Part shown: in pieces, positions 1 through 8,723 of the stretch | How the letters are laid out: each line of letters starts with the position of its first letter | Position numbering within the stretch: position 1 is the stretch's first letter | From: Meyerozyma guilliermondii | Lineage: Eukaryota | Length of the DNA: 64,000 bases | Assembly: GCA_051546255.1 (NCBI GenBank) | Contig: CP128815.1 | Location: forward strand, 682,001-746,000 | Direction: 5' to 3' | The notes under the pieces: model-generated | Seen by the model: the letters and a program-made list of their open reading frames with translations, nothing else | Told to the model about the DNA's origin: nothing | The model's database searches: none | Program-made: the position numbers and the translations under genes

Positions 1-2
1 CG

Positions 3-299
3 CCAGAAGAACCTGCAGAACCGGTACATACTGTTCTCACTTCGGAAGAAACTATATCAAGTCATCATGGTTTGAATGAGGAAAGCTTAGACAAATTCGG
101 ACCAGGTCTTCAAGAACAGACTAACGGCACTTTGGATAATGATTCGAGTAATCCAATAGTTGAGACCCACCAGCCGGGTGATGAAAATGAGAAAGTGTCA
201 AGTCCGTCTATCGAAGTCAACTCTCGTGGTGAACGCAAGAAGAAGAACAAATTTAAACATAAATTGTTCAAATACTTTATCAACTCTTACGATAAGTGA
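3..299 (+). CDS. 3' end of an unidentified gene truncated by the window edge (acidic low-complexity region with basic C-terminus)
   Basis: Frame open from nt 3 (PEEPAEPVHTVLTSEE...) to TGA at 297-299; ends RKKKNKFKHKLFKYFINSYDK. Confidence 0.6.
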   Translation, partial: PEEPAEPVHTVLTSEETISSHHGLNEESLDKFGPGLQEQTNGTLDNDSSNPIVETHQPGDENEKVSSPSIEVNSRGERKKKNKFKHKLFKYFINSYDK

Positions 300-486
300 A
301 CCTAAGGACTAAAATCACTAAAGAGACCAAAAATTGTGGTTTACAATAATTTAATTGCTATTATATACTGCTATTGCTACTAATCTTTGCTACTATTTGC
401 TACCCATTTGGTGATATCTACCAAACCTTATCACATCTCCTGTATATTACCCTACACCATAGGTGTGGCTTCGAAGTACTACTGCA

Positions 487-2247
487 ATGTCATCAGACGT
501 TATCATTGACGACTACCAAGACGATATTATGCATGATGAACCAGTACAGATACCCATGTACGTCGAAAACACCAGGAATGCCTCATCAATCTCACGGGAC
601 CACCATTCAGCTTTGGCCCAATCGGCTTACAAAGACCTCTGTTTCTCCTGTAGAATTGGAGATTATGATACCGCAGAGTCTATTATTACATCGACACCAG
701 ACCTTGATATCAACATGGTGGATGAGTGGAACTACACACCTTTGATCCTTGCGTCTCTTTGTGGGCACAAAAATGTGGTTCAAATGTTGCTTTCAAGAGG
801 TGCAGTTTGTGATCGTGATACCTTACAAGGAGCCAGATGTATCTACGGAGCACTCAACGATGAGATTCGGGACATTTTGATCAGTTTTGATATCTCCAAA
901 AAGGATGCTGTGCAACCATTTGCGAGCCATCTCATCTCGCTCTTGAACCCTTTAAATGAACTTCGATACAATGATATCGTACTTTCTTCTGATACGGAAT
1001 TTTACTTGAATCGATTTGTCCTAGCATTAAGAGGTGATCTTTTTCGAAAATATCTCGCAAAAGATGGGCAGTGGGCTACAAGCACCGAGGTAGTTGTTCC
1101 CAAGTCGTTTTCGTCTACGATATTAAAATGTATTGTGGACTACATATATGTGAAAACCGACACTTTACCGTTAAACAACTCACAGATTCAAAGATATTTG
1201 TTCGAAGCATGTAATGAGTTTCAACTCGATGAATTGAAAAGCTCCATGGAAACAGTTTTGAGCGAGCCGGACCGTCGATTACAGGCAAAAGCTCGCCATC
1301 AAATGGAATATAATATAGTTAAGACGGCACAGGAGGACCTAGAGCGATTCGTTGACGAAGTGCTATTGAAGAGCAAGATCGAAGTGCCGCTCGATGTGAA
1401 GCTGGATACTGATTTCGACGATTTTGAGCCAAGTCGCTTTATTAGCGACGACATGAAAAGGCAGGTTTTAGAGTCAGAGACGTTTGCCGATATTCTCTTG
1501 GCGGTTGTAGATACCGACAGCATGAAGGTGGTTTTCTATCCAGTGCACAAGGCTATTGTTGCCCGGTCAGAGTATTTTGAAACCATGTTCAAGTCAGATC
1601 TATTTGCAATGACAGTGCCTGATCCTCCTGCTATTACCAAGGGAGATACCCAGATTATCAAAAGACACGAGCTTCTCCCCGAGCACATTCCTGTGGTGCG
1701 AATGTTCATGAGTACATTGGGACAAGAGGTAGCTGACATAGTCATATCGCATCTATACAGAGACTATGTTCACGCTATTCCCCCAGAACTTACGGTGGAT
1801 GTGCTCTACGCTGCGGATGAACTTTACTTAGACCGCTTGAAGCGGATGTGTGCTGTGAACTTGACATCCCGGTTTGCACAATTTAGCTGGAACGAGTATG
1901 TTTCCTGTGAATCAATTTATGGAGTTGATATTTACGACTTTATGAGAATAGCATGGGCCACTCGGTGCGACAGAATAGAGCACCATATATCGCAAATGCT
2001 CGCACACAACCTCGCATCCATTGTTGCTGACGAAGAAAAAAAGGAAAAGCTCATTGAACTTATTAAAGAGAGTGCTCATAGAATCAAAGAAAGAGAGGAT
2101 GTGGATACCATTGAGTTGGTAGACGATATAAGATACTATATCACCAAAAAGTACGGAGGGAATCCCGACTGGCAAGTCATGGATCCTGTTGAACGCGACA
2201 ACGAGATCATCGACTCTTTACTCACATATATCGGACTCGATGCTTAG
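487..2247 (+). CDS. Ankyrin-repeat and BTB/POZ domain protein (YIL001W/ABTB1-like putative Cul3 adaptor)
   Basis: Ankyrin motifs (VDEWNYTPLILASLCGH, GARCIYGALND), two BTB-like segments (HKAIVARSEYFETMF); first ATG at 487. Confidence 0.85.
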   Translation: MSSDVIIDDYQDDIMHDEPVQIPMYVENTRNASSISRDHHSALAQSAYKDLCFSCRIGDYDTAESIITSTPDLDINMVDEWNYTPLILASLCGHKNVVQMLLSRGAVCDRDTLQGARCIYGALNDEIRDILISFDISKKDAVQPFASHLISLLNPLNELRYNDIVLSSDTEFYLNRFVLALRGDLFRKYLAKDGQWATSTEVVVPKSFSSTILKCIVDYIYVKTDTLPLNNSQIQRYLFEACNEFQLDELKSSMETVLSEPDRRLQAKARHQMEYNIVKTAQEDLERFVDEVLLKSKIEVPLDVKLDTDFDDFEPSRFISDDMKRQVLESETFADILLAVVDTDSMKVVFYPVHKAIVARSEYFETMFKSDLFAMTVPDPPAITKGDTQIIKRHELLPEHIPVVRMFMSTLGQEVADIVISHLYRDYVHAIPPELTVDVLYAADELYLDRLKRMCAVNLTSRFAQFSWNEYVSCESIYGVDIYDFMRIAWATRCDRIEHHISQMLAHNLASIVADEEKKEKLIELIKESAHRIKEREDVDTIELVDDIRYYITKKYGGNPDWQVMDPVERDNEIIDSLLTYIGLDA

Positions 2248-2371
2248 AGTATAGACGTTGCAATATGAATCATGATTCGTACAGCCCATAACCCTCTTGG
2301 GCCATTGGTAAACAGATTTGAAAGATTATTTGACCTTCTATTCATGTCCAATTTCTAAACTTGAGTCGTTC

Positions 2372-2483
2372 TGTGTATGATGAATTATTGACCAACTCAC
2401 TCAGTGGTATGTGATTGAACAAATGTGGACTTTTAAACTAGTGTTAATATCACAGATGCTCAACTATCATTAGACTGAAAATA
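2372..2483 (+). ncRNA. Probable box C/D snoRNA, snR71/SNORD29-like
   Basis: Intergenic; C box ATGATGA 2377-2383, D box CTGA 2475-2478, C'-like TGATTGA; CAACTCACTCAG 9 nt after the C box resembles the snR71 guide + D' as I recall it (CAGCTCACTCAGA). Confidence 0.6.
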
Positions 2484-2622
2484 CTCCTTGATCTCAAATA
2501 CACAGTCACAGTCATACATATCCGTAAACTCACAACTCATATGTAGTTTAGTAGGTATACCGTTCTATATTTTGGACCCTAATCATATTTTGCAACTTGC
2601 AACCTTGGCGTGTATACAGGAT

Positions 2623-2645
2623 CTCATCGGTGCCAAAAAAATTCT
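2623..2645. promoter_or_regulatory. PAC element plus RRPE-like A-tract upstream of RRP12
   Basis: CTCATCG (reverse of CGATGAG) at 2623-2629 followed by AAAAAAATTC; typical of ribosome biogenesis promoters. Confidence 0.55.
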
Positions 2646-2664
2646 TGTGCAACTTTATTGCATA

Positions 2665-5600
2665 ATGGTTGATAATAACCCCGATGGGGGACAATCTCAG
2701 GACCAATGGGTCATGGAAGATAAACTACAGAGGATACGTCAACAAGTAAACTCCAAGTTGGACAACCAAAAAAAGCTAGCTTTGATTTTATCTGCTGTTG
2801 AAGAAAATATCGATGAGCAGGGTAACGTTAGATCACCAGTCACTTACGTTGTGTCGTTCTTGTCTTTGCTTGATGAATGTATAACCGATGACAAGATCAT
2901 CGACGATAGTTTGGCCATATCTACCGCGTACTTTTTGGATTTGGTTTTTCCATTCACTCCTAAACTGTTGTTGAAATCCAAGTTTTCTCAAATCTTGACC
3001 AAATTAGCCACTCCATTAACTCATCCCGATGCCGATGCTCCATTGGTTAGGTCTACTATTGGAGCGGTCGAGACGTTATTATTGGCACAGGACCACCAGC
3101 AGTGGACATCCAAAGGAAATGTCTCACCTAAAAGAGCTTTAATCGGTTTGATGGAATTATCATTTGATCCTCGACCAAAAGTCAGAAAGAGAGCCCAAGA
3201 ATCCATCCACACCGTCTTGAGCAACCCTCCTCCTTCTCCTTCTCCAATACATGTGGCGGCACCTATATGCGCAGACTTATCGCTTCAGAAGCTCACAAGC
3301 TTATTGGACACGAAAAAGAAAGACAACAACTCTTCCATCATCCATATTTTGCAGTTGATCTCATCCATAACTTCCGCCAACTCGTGGCCCCAATCTCAGA
3401 TCGAACCTCTTTGCGATAGCTTATTGCGTATTTCCAGAACCTCAGATCAGTACATGGTTTCCTCGGCATTCTCAGCATTTGTGGGTCTCTTTGAATCGAT
3501 GAGCAACGACGTTGATATTGAAAAATTTACCAACGTATTGAATGTCATCTTTGAATTGAAGCCGGCAGTCAACGATACCCACTTGGCAGCTCCGTGGTTG
3601 GCGGTGATAGCCAAAGCAATTGCTGCTTTCTCCAAACTTGCTCCTATAATGTGCCTTCAAAAACTCCACACAGTCATTCCTATTGTTACATCTTATTTGT
3701 CGTCTGACTCTCAAGATATCTACAGCTCTGCATCGCAATGTCTTATTGCCATAATTACCCAAGCGGTGCCAGACGACTTCATTCTCGATCCACCAGCAGT
3801 ATCGACAACGATATACGAGGCTATGGACGATTTCGTTGCGTTTCTTGCAAAATTCACCGAAAAGGAAGTGCTTTCTATAAAATATCAGGCCGCTACCAAA
3901 GAGATCTTGGAGTTCCTTACCGCAGTGGTTTCAAAATTGAGATCTAGATGCAACCCTGACTTCTTGAACGTTATGGAAATTGTTGGTCAATGGCGTACCA
4001 ATGAAACAGAAGAGTTTCCTTTCAACAAAGAAGCAGAAGATTTCATATCTGTATGCATTTCAGAGTTGGGACCTGAGGTATGCTTGAGTATCTTGCCCTT
4101 GAACTTGACCGGAACTGGTGGTCCTGGCCGTGCTTGGTTGTTACCTTTATTGAGAGACAATGTGAGAAACGCCGATCTTGAATTCTACAAGCGTCAAATT
4201 CTACCATTGAGTGAATTTTTTGAGAATAAAATTAAGGAGTCCACGAACAAGGAATCTGTCAATGTCAAGATCTTCCAGACCATCGTTGAGCAAATCTGGT
4301 CTTTGCTTCCTCATTTTTGTGATCTTCCCAAGGACTTGTCTACAAGTTTCGATGACAAATTTGCAGCCCAACTTTCCGACCTTTTGTACGCTAGAGTCGA
4401 ACTTCGTACCTTCATTTGCAATGGTTTGAGGTCTCTCGTCGAATCCAATGTCGCTTATGTGGGGGGTGCGTTATCGGACGACAAGCTCATGCAACAGAAC
4501 TTTCCCGTTCACTTGGCAGAAGAGTACTTGAAACACTTAGCCACAAGAGCATCTAATTTACTTTCCGTGTTATTCAATGTGTTTCTGTCAATTTCTCCCG
4601 ACACGAGAGGATTTGTTTTGGAGACAATTGACATGTACTTGCAAATTGTTCCCAAGGACGAATTGGAAAATACCTTCAATAAGGTATGTGGACTTTTCAA
4701 GAATGCCTTAGACGAAGAAGAGCAAGAAAACTCGAAAGACAGTGGCTCAAAATTGAGTCTTACAATGATGGACTTAATAGTTGCCATGACCAAATACTTG
4801 CCAGAATCTTCACACAATGCCTTATTCTCGGTTTTCGCAACCACGGTTTCGATAAAAGACCCACTTGTGCAAAAACGGTCCTATAGAATTATTTCCAAAC
4901 TTTCTGAAACCAACGAAGGAAAGTCCTCATTGGTTAACTTTATTGCACACCTCGAAAAGGTGATTGTGGAGTCGACTGAAATTACTGAACCATCAGCTAG
5001 AGGAGCCAGATTGGCTGCAATTTTGGCTATCTTGGACTTGCTTCCCAGCTCTGAATTACATTTCATACCCTCCGTGTTGCAGGAAGTTATCATGTCCACT
5101 AAAGACAATAACGAACGAACAAGAAGTATTTCGTATCAAATTTTGATTTCCATGGGTAAGAAAATGTCTAATGGTGGAGTAATCGACCAGTCTCAAATTC
5201 CAGGATTCGAAGCGGAAGAAGCAAAGCAAGAAGCATCGTTGGGTGATTTTTTCACCATGGTTAGTGCTGGTTTGGCGGCACAAACTCCGCATATGATTTC
5301 GGCTACAATCACTGCCATTTCTTGTTTGATGTTTGAATTCAAGGATTCTCTTGCAATTGATGTGTTGAAAGAGATCTCTTCTACTATAGAATTATTCTTG
5401 ACCCATAACTCCAGAGAAATTGCAAAGGCAGCTATTGGGTTTGTCAAGGTTGAGGTGTTGTCGTTGCCGGAAGATGTGGTGAGAGAGAACTTGACAGAGT
5501 TGTTAGCCAAGTTGATGAGATGGTCTCACGAGCACAAGGGACATTTCAAGTCCAAGGTCAAGCATATTGTTGAAAGACTCATTAGAAAGTTTGGAGCAGA

Positions 5601-6213
5601 TGTTGTTGAAGCAGCGATTCCCGAAGATGATAAAAAGCTCGTGGTCAACATAAGAAAGTCAAGAACCAGGGCTAAGAGAAAGCAAGAAGACGGAGGAGAA
5701 ACCACAGAGAAGCCTAAAGAAACCAAGAAGTTTGTGTCGGCGTACGAGGAAGCCTTGTACAACTCTGACGTTTCCGACGACGAAGAAATTCAAGAATTCG
5801 ATGCCAATGGAGATTCCAAAAAGAGAACCAACCAGTATATTTTGGAGCTGGGAGACACTCCCTTGGACTTGTTGGATCGTCAAACTATGGCACGTATATC
5901 CTCATCGAGGCCCAAAAAGTTTACTAAGAAAGATATGGAACGTAGAAACGTACCATCGAAGAATGGAAAATTGGTGTTTGGCGAAGGAGACGATGTTGAA
6001 GATACACTTGCCAACAAAGGTTCTGGCGTGGATGCGTACTTGGATGCCGTTAAACAAGCACCTATTCGTGGCCAAAGAAACAAATTGAAGTTCAAGAATA
6101 AGCGCCAAAACGAAGATGATTGGTCAGACGATGAACCAGAAGTGAAGAAAAAGCCCACTACTAATAGCCGAGTGTCGAAGCCAAAGAAGTTTAAAGCTAG
6201 AAAGAAGCTTTGA
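2665..6213 (+). CDS. RRP12: Ribosomal RNA processing/export protein Rrp12 (HEAT/NUC173)
   Basis: ~1180 aa; DPRPKVRKRAQ, GPGRAWLLPLLRD, KVKHIVERLIRKFG, basic C-tail; next to MRPS16 as in S. cerevisiae; first ATG at 2665. Confidence 0.95.
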   Translation: MVDNNPDGGQSQDQWVMEDKLQRIRQQVNSKLDNQKKLALILSAVEENIDEQGNVRSPVTYVVSFLSLLDECITDDKIIDDSLAISTAYFLDLVFPFTPKLLLKSKFSQILTKLATPLTHPDADAPLVRSTIGAVETLLLAQDHQQWTSKGNVSPKRALIGLMELSFDPRPKVRKRAQESIHTVLSNPPPSPSPIHVAAPICADLSLQKLTSLLDTKKKDNNSSIIHILQLISSITSANSWPQSQIEPLCDSLLRISRTSDQYMVSSAFSAFVGLFESMSNDVDIEKFTNVLNVIFELKPAVNDTHLAAPWLAVIAKAIAAFSKLAPIMCLQKLHTVIPIVTSYLSSDSQDIYSSASQCLIAIITQAVPDDFILDPPAVSTTIYEAMDDFVAFLAKFTEKEVLSIKYQAATKEILEFLTAVVSKLRSRCNPDFLNVMEIVGQWRTNETEEFPFNKEAEDFISVCISELGPEVCLSILPLNLTGTGGPGRAWLLPLLRDNVRNADLEFYKRQILPLSEFFENKIKESTNKESVNVKIFQTIVEQIWSLLPHFCDLPKDLSTSFDDKFAAQLSDLLYARVELRTFICNGLRSLVESNVAYVGGALSDDKLMQQNFPVHLAEEYLKHLATRASNLLSVLFNVFLSISPDTRGFVLETIDMYLQIVPKDELENTFNKVCGLFKNALDEEEQENSKDSGSKLSLTMMDLIVAMTKYLPESSHNALFSVFATTVSIKDPLVQKRSYRIISKLSETNEGKSSLVNFIAHLEKVIVESTEITEPSARGARLAAILAILDLLPSSELHFIPSVLQEVIMSTKDNNERTRSISYQILISMGKKMSNGGVIDQSQIPGFEAEEAKQEASLGDFFTMVSAGLAAQTPHMISATITAISCLMFEFKDSLAIDVLKEISSTIELFLTHNSREIAKAAIGFVKVEVLSLPEDVVRENLTELLAKLMRWSHEHKGHFKSKVKHIVERLIRKFGADVVEAAIPEDDKKLVVNIRKSRTRAKRKQEDGGETTEKPKETKKFVSAYEEALYNSDVSDDEEIQEFDANGDSKKRTNQYILELGDTPLDLLDRQTMARISSSRPKKFTKKDMERRNVPSKNGKLVFGEGDDVEDTLANKGSGVDAYLDAVKQAPIRGQRNKLKFKNKRQNEDDWSDDEPEVKKKPTTNSRVSKPKKFKARKKL

Positions 6214-6321
6214 GCGTATCATATATACTACATTTAATGAAGCCAAGTTGATGTAAAAACCTGTATGCACCACCTTTGAAAAGTCTCACTGGAAATTTTC
6301 AGTTCTCAACACAAACGTAGA

Positions 6322-6720
6322 ATGAAAAGTCCCATCAAAATCCGCTTGGCTCGGTTTGGGCGCAAGCACCAACCCTTCTATAATATCGTGGTGGCCAACA
6401 GACGCTCAGCAAGAGATAGTTTGCCCATAGAAGTATTAGGAACCTATAATCCCATACCCGTTCCATTATCACCCGAAGAGCAGGCTCAAGGAGTCAAACC
6501 ATACAAGCATATAGAGTTGGATTTCGACCGCTCCAAGTACTGGCTCGGTAACGGTGCCGAGGTTTCGGACCGTGTTGGTTTTTTGTTCAAGAGAGCAGGA
6601 TTATTACCAGAGGAATGGCCATCTCCATCCAAGTTGACTCAACACATTCCAAAGCCTACGTTTGAGGATGCAAAGACTGTCCAGGAAGAACCTCAACAGT
6701 TGATCCGGTCCAGGGATTAA
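6322..6720 (+). CDS. MRPS16: Mitochondrial ribosomal protein S16
   Basis: IKIRLARFGRKHQPFYNIVVAN...PIEVLGTYNP, bS16 signature. Confidence 0.95.
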   Translation: MKSPIKIRLARFGRKHQPFYNIVVANRRSARDSLPIEVLGTYNPIPVPLSPEEQAQGVKPYKHIELDFDRSKYWLGNGAEVSDRVGFLFKRAGLLPEEWPSPSKLTQHIPKPTFEDAKTVQEEPQQLIRSRD

Positions 6721-6735
6721 ACACATTGTATATAT

Positions 6736-7581
6736 TTAGGTCTTGTGAAAGAAACGATGCCATGGTAGAAATATACACTTTCTACACCCAGATGTAGGCT
6801 CTCTGAAAAAGTCAAAAAACCGTTTCACTCTGTTCATAAAATGGTCCCTTCTTGAAGACCGCGGTTCTGGCTCTGGCTCTACACCACCCGAAAATAATCT
6901 ATCCATCCATGAAGGCACTAGCGAAACATCGATGCTGTGATACCGAAAGTCGCTTCGAGTCGCACATCGCTGCCGTTTTGGCGAACAAATTACTGTTTCA
7001 GAATTGGGACCCAAACTCGAAATTGCATGTGGTGTTAAGTCCCGGTAGAATCTCTTTCTAGGTCTAACCACTCTGGAGTCATTTTCGTTAGTGGTTGCAA
7101 AAGTGGAAAACACCGTCGATGGCTGCGAAATTAACAATCTTGGAACCTCAGTTTCCAAGCAAGATGTGAGGGAATTGACGGCTCCCTTGAGGGTATTGTA
7201 AGCCTCTGACTCTATTTCCAAGTCTAATGTTGCCTTGAGGTTGATCAATGTTTCCTTTTGAGACAGAATTTTAGCAGCTTGATCTTGCAACACAAACTTG
7301 ATTTGAAGGAAGACATCGGTGAGAACTAGAGTCAATTCTAGAGGAGCTTCATCCAGAACAAACAAGCAAATAATATCAATTATTTTGCCAAGTCTCGTGG
7401 AAAGTAGTTGCTCGTACTCGTTCTTTTCGTCGATAGAAGCAGTTTCAAGAATAGGAACAATTTGCAGCAAATGGCAAAGAAGCGTATACCATGTATTGAC
7501 ACCAGTAGTCAAATCATCGATTGCAAACTGGATCTCTGCCAATTTTGACGAAAGGTCTCGTTCAGTTACTTGACCGACCAT
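6736..7581 (-). CDS. Uncharacterised protein (281 aa), helical N-half; possible positional SPO77 equivalent
   Basis: Long ORF filling the space between RPP0 and MRPS16; first ATG at 7581; no recognised domain. Confidence 0.65.
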   Translation of the reverse strand: MVGQVTERDLSSKLAEIQFAIDDLTTGVNTWYTLLCHLLQIVPILETASIDEKNEYEQLLSTRLGKIIDIICLFVLDEAPLELTLVLTDVFLQIKFVLQDQAAKILSQKETLINLKATLDLEIESEAYNTLKGAVNSLTSCLETEVPRLLISQPSTVFSTFATTNENDSRVVRPRKRFYRDLTPHAISSLGPNSETVICSPKRQRCATRSDFRYHSIDVSLVPSWMDRLFSGGVEPEPEPRSSRRDHFMNRVKRFFDFFREPTSGCRKCIFLPWHRFFHKT

Positions 7582-7649
7582 GTTTGTGGCACACCACAAA
7601 ACTACAAATTTTATTAATTTACATCTTTGTGCAATTATGAGTATGTGAC

Positions 7650-8582
7650 CTAATCGAACAAACCGAAACCCATGTCGTCATCTTCAGACTCTTCGGCTTC
7701 CTCCTCAGCGGCAGCAGGAGCAGCCTCCTCGGAAGCTGCAGCAGCAGCTGGGGCAGCGGCAGCGTAAGCCTCAGGGTTAGCCAATCTGTCCTTGATGGCC
7801 TCAGAGCCCTCAAAGGTGTAATCGGTTGCGATGGACAAAGCCAACACGTTCTTGTAGTGGTTGACAACAGAGTGACCGACAGATGGCAAGGTTGGGTAAC
7901 CAGCAGCCAACGAGATGGAGGCGATGGTGTTGATGGCGGAAACAAAGTGACCGATCAATTCATCGTCAGTGATGTCCAAGATGGTGGCAGGGAACACTTG
8001 ACCCTTGTCGTACACTTGAACAACAGTCAAACCGTAGGTGAAAGGAGAGATGTTCAACATGTTCAACAAAGTGGCCTCGGAAGGACCAACCTTACCGTCC
8101 TTTTCAACAACCTTGACATCAGACACAATTTCAATGGTACCTCTGGCAATCTTGGTTGGGACACCCAAAGCTTGGAAGAAAGAGGTCTTACCTGGCTCCA
8201 TACCGGTGTTACCGGCTGGAATCCACACATCAGCTGGAGCAACGGCACCGGCCTTGGCTGGAGCAGCAACAACGTTGGAAGTAATGGTGTCTCTAACAGA
8301 TTTCAAGTCACTGTTGGTGAAAATGAAACCAACGTTACCCTTGACGAAAGGCAACAACTTCTCAAAGTCTGGCAAGTCAGCCAAGAATCCTCTCAAGGCT
8401 CTTCTAACCATGGTGTTCTTACCCATCAACACAACACCTTCACCTCTCAATGCACGTCTAATTTCGTGCATTTGTTGAGAAGAGACATTGTCGACACCAA
8501 CCACAAAGATGGATTGGTAAGTCTCCAACAATTCTCTCAACTTTGAGAAATACTCAATTTTCTTATCACGAATACCACCCAT
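7650..8582 (-). CDS. RPP0: 60S acidic ribosomal protein P0
   Basis: MGGIRDKK...[12 protein letters not shown]-terminal [14 protein letters not shown]; strong codon bias. Confidence 0.99.
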   Translation of the reverse strand: MGGIRDKKIEYFSKLRELLETYQSIFVVGVDNVSSQQMHEIRRALRGEGVVLMGKNTMVRRALRGFLADLPDFEKLLPFVKGNVGFIFTNSDLKSVRDTITSNVVAAPAKAGAVAPADVWIPAGNTGMEPGKTSFFQALGVPTKIARGTIEIVSDVKVVEKDGKVGPSEATLLNMLNISPFTYGLTVVQVYDKGQVFPATILDITDDELIGHFVSAINTIASISLAAGYPTLPSVGHSVVNHYKNVLALSIATDYTFEGSEAIKDRLANPEAYAAAAPAAAAASEEAAPAAAEEEAEESEDDDMGFGLFD

Positions 8583-8703
8583 TTCGACTTATAATTTGAC
8601 GATAGGAATGTTTAATGGTCTTTCCGATATGAAACTTTCGAGCGCACTGAAAAGTTTTACTCGCCGGCCGCGAAAACTTTGGTGCACTGGGCGCAAAGTA
8701 TAT

Positions 8704-8723
8704 CACGTGCCAGGGCTCAGCCC
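8704..8723. promoter_or_regulatory. Cbf1 (CACGTG) and Tbf1-like (AGGGCT) sites upstream of RPP0
   Basis: TCACGTG at 8703-8709 and AGGGCTCAGCCC at 8712-8723; Tbf1/Cbf1 control ribosomal protein genes in Candida-clade yeasts. Confidence 0.5.

Noticed and set aside
7857..8546. 229-aa ORF antisense to RPP0 (likewise 12381-12785 and 45958-46308)
   Set aside because: Shadow ORFs caused by strong codon bias in ribosomal protein genes
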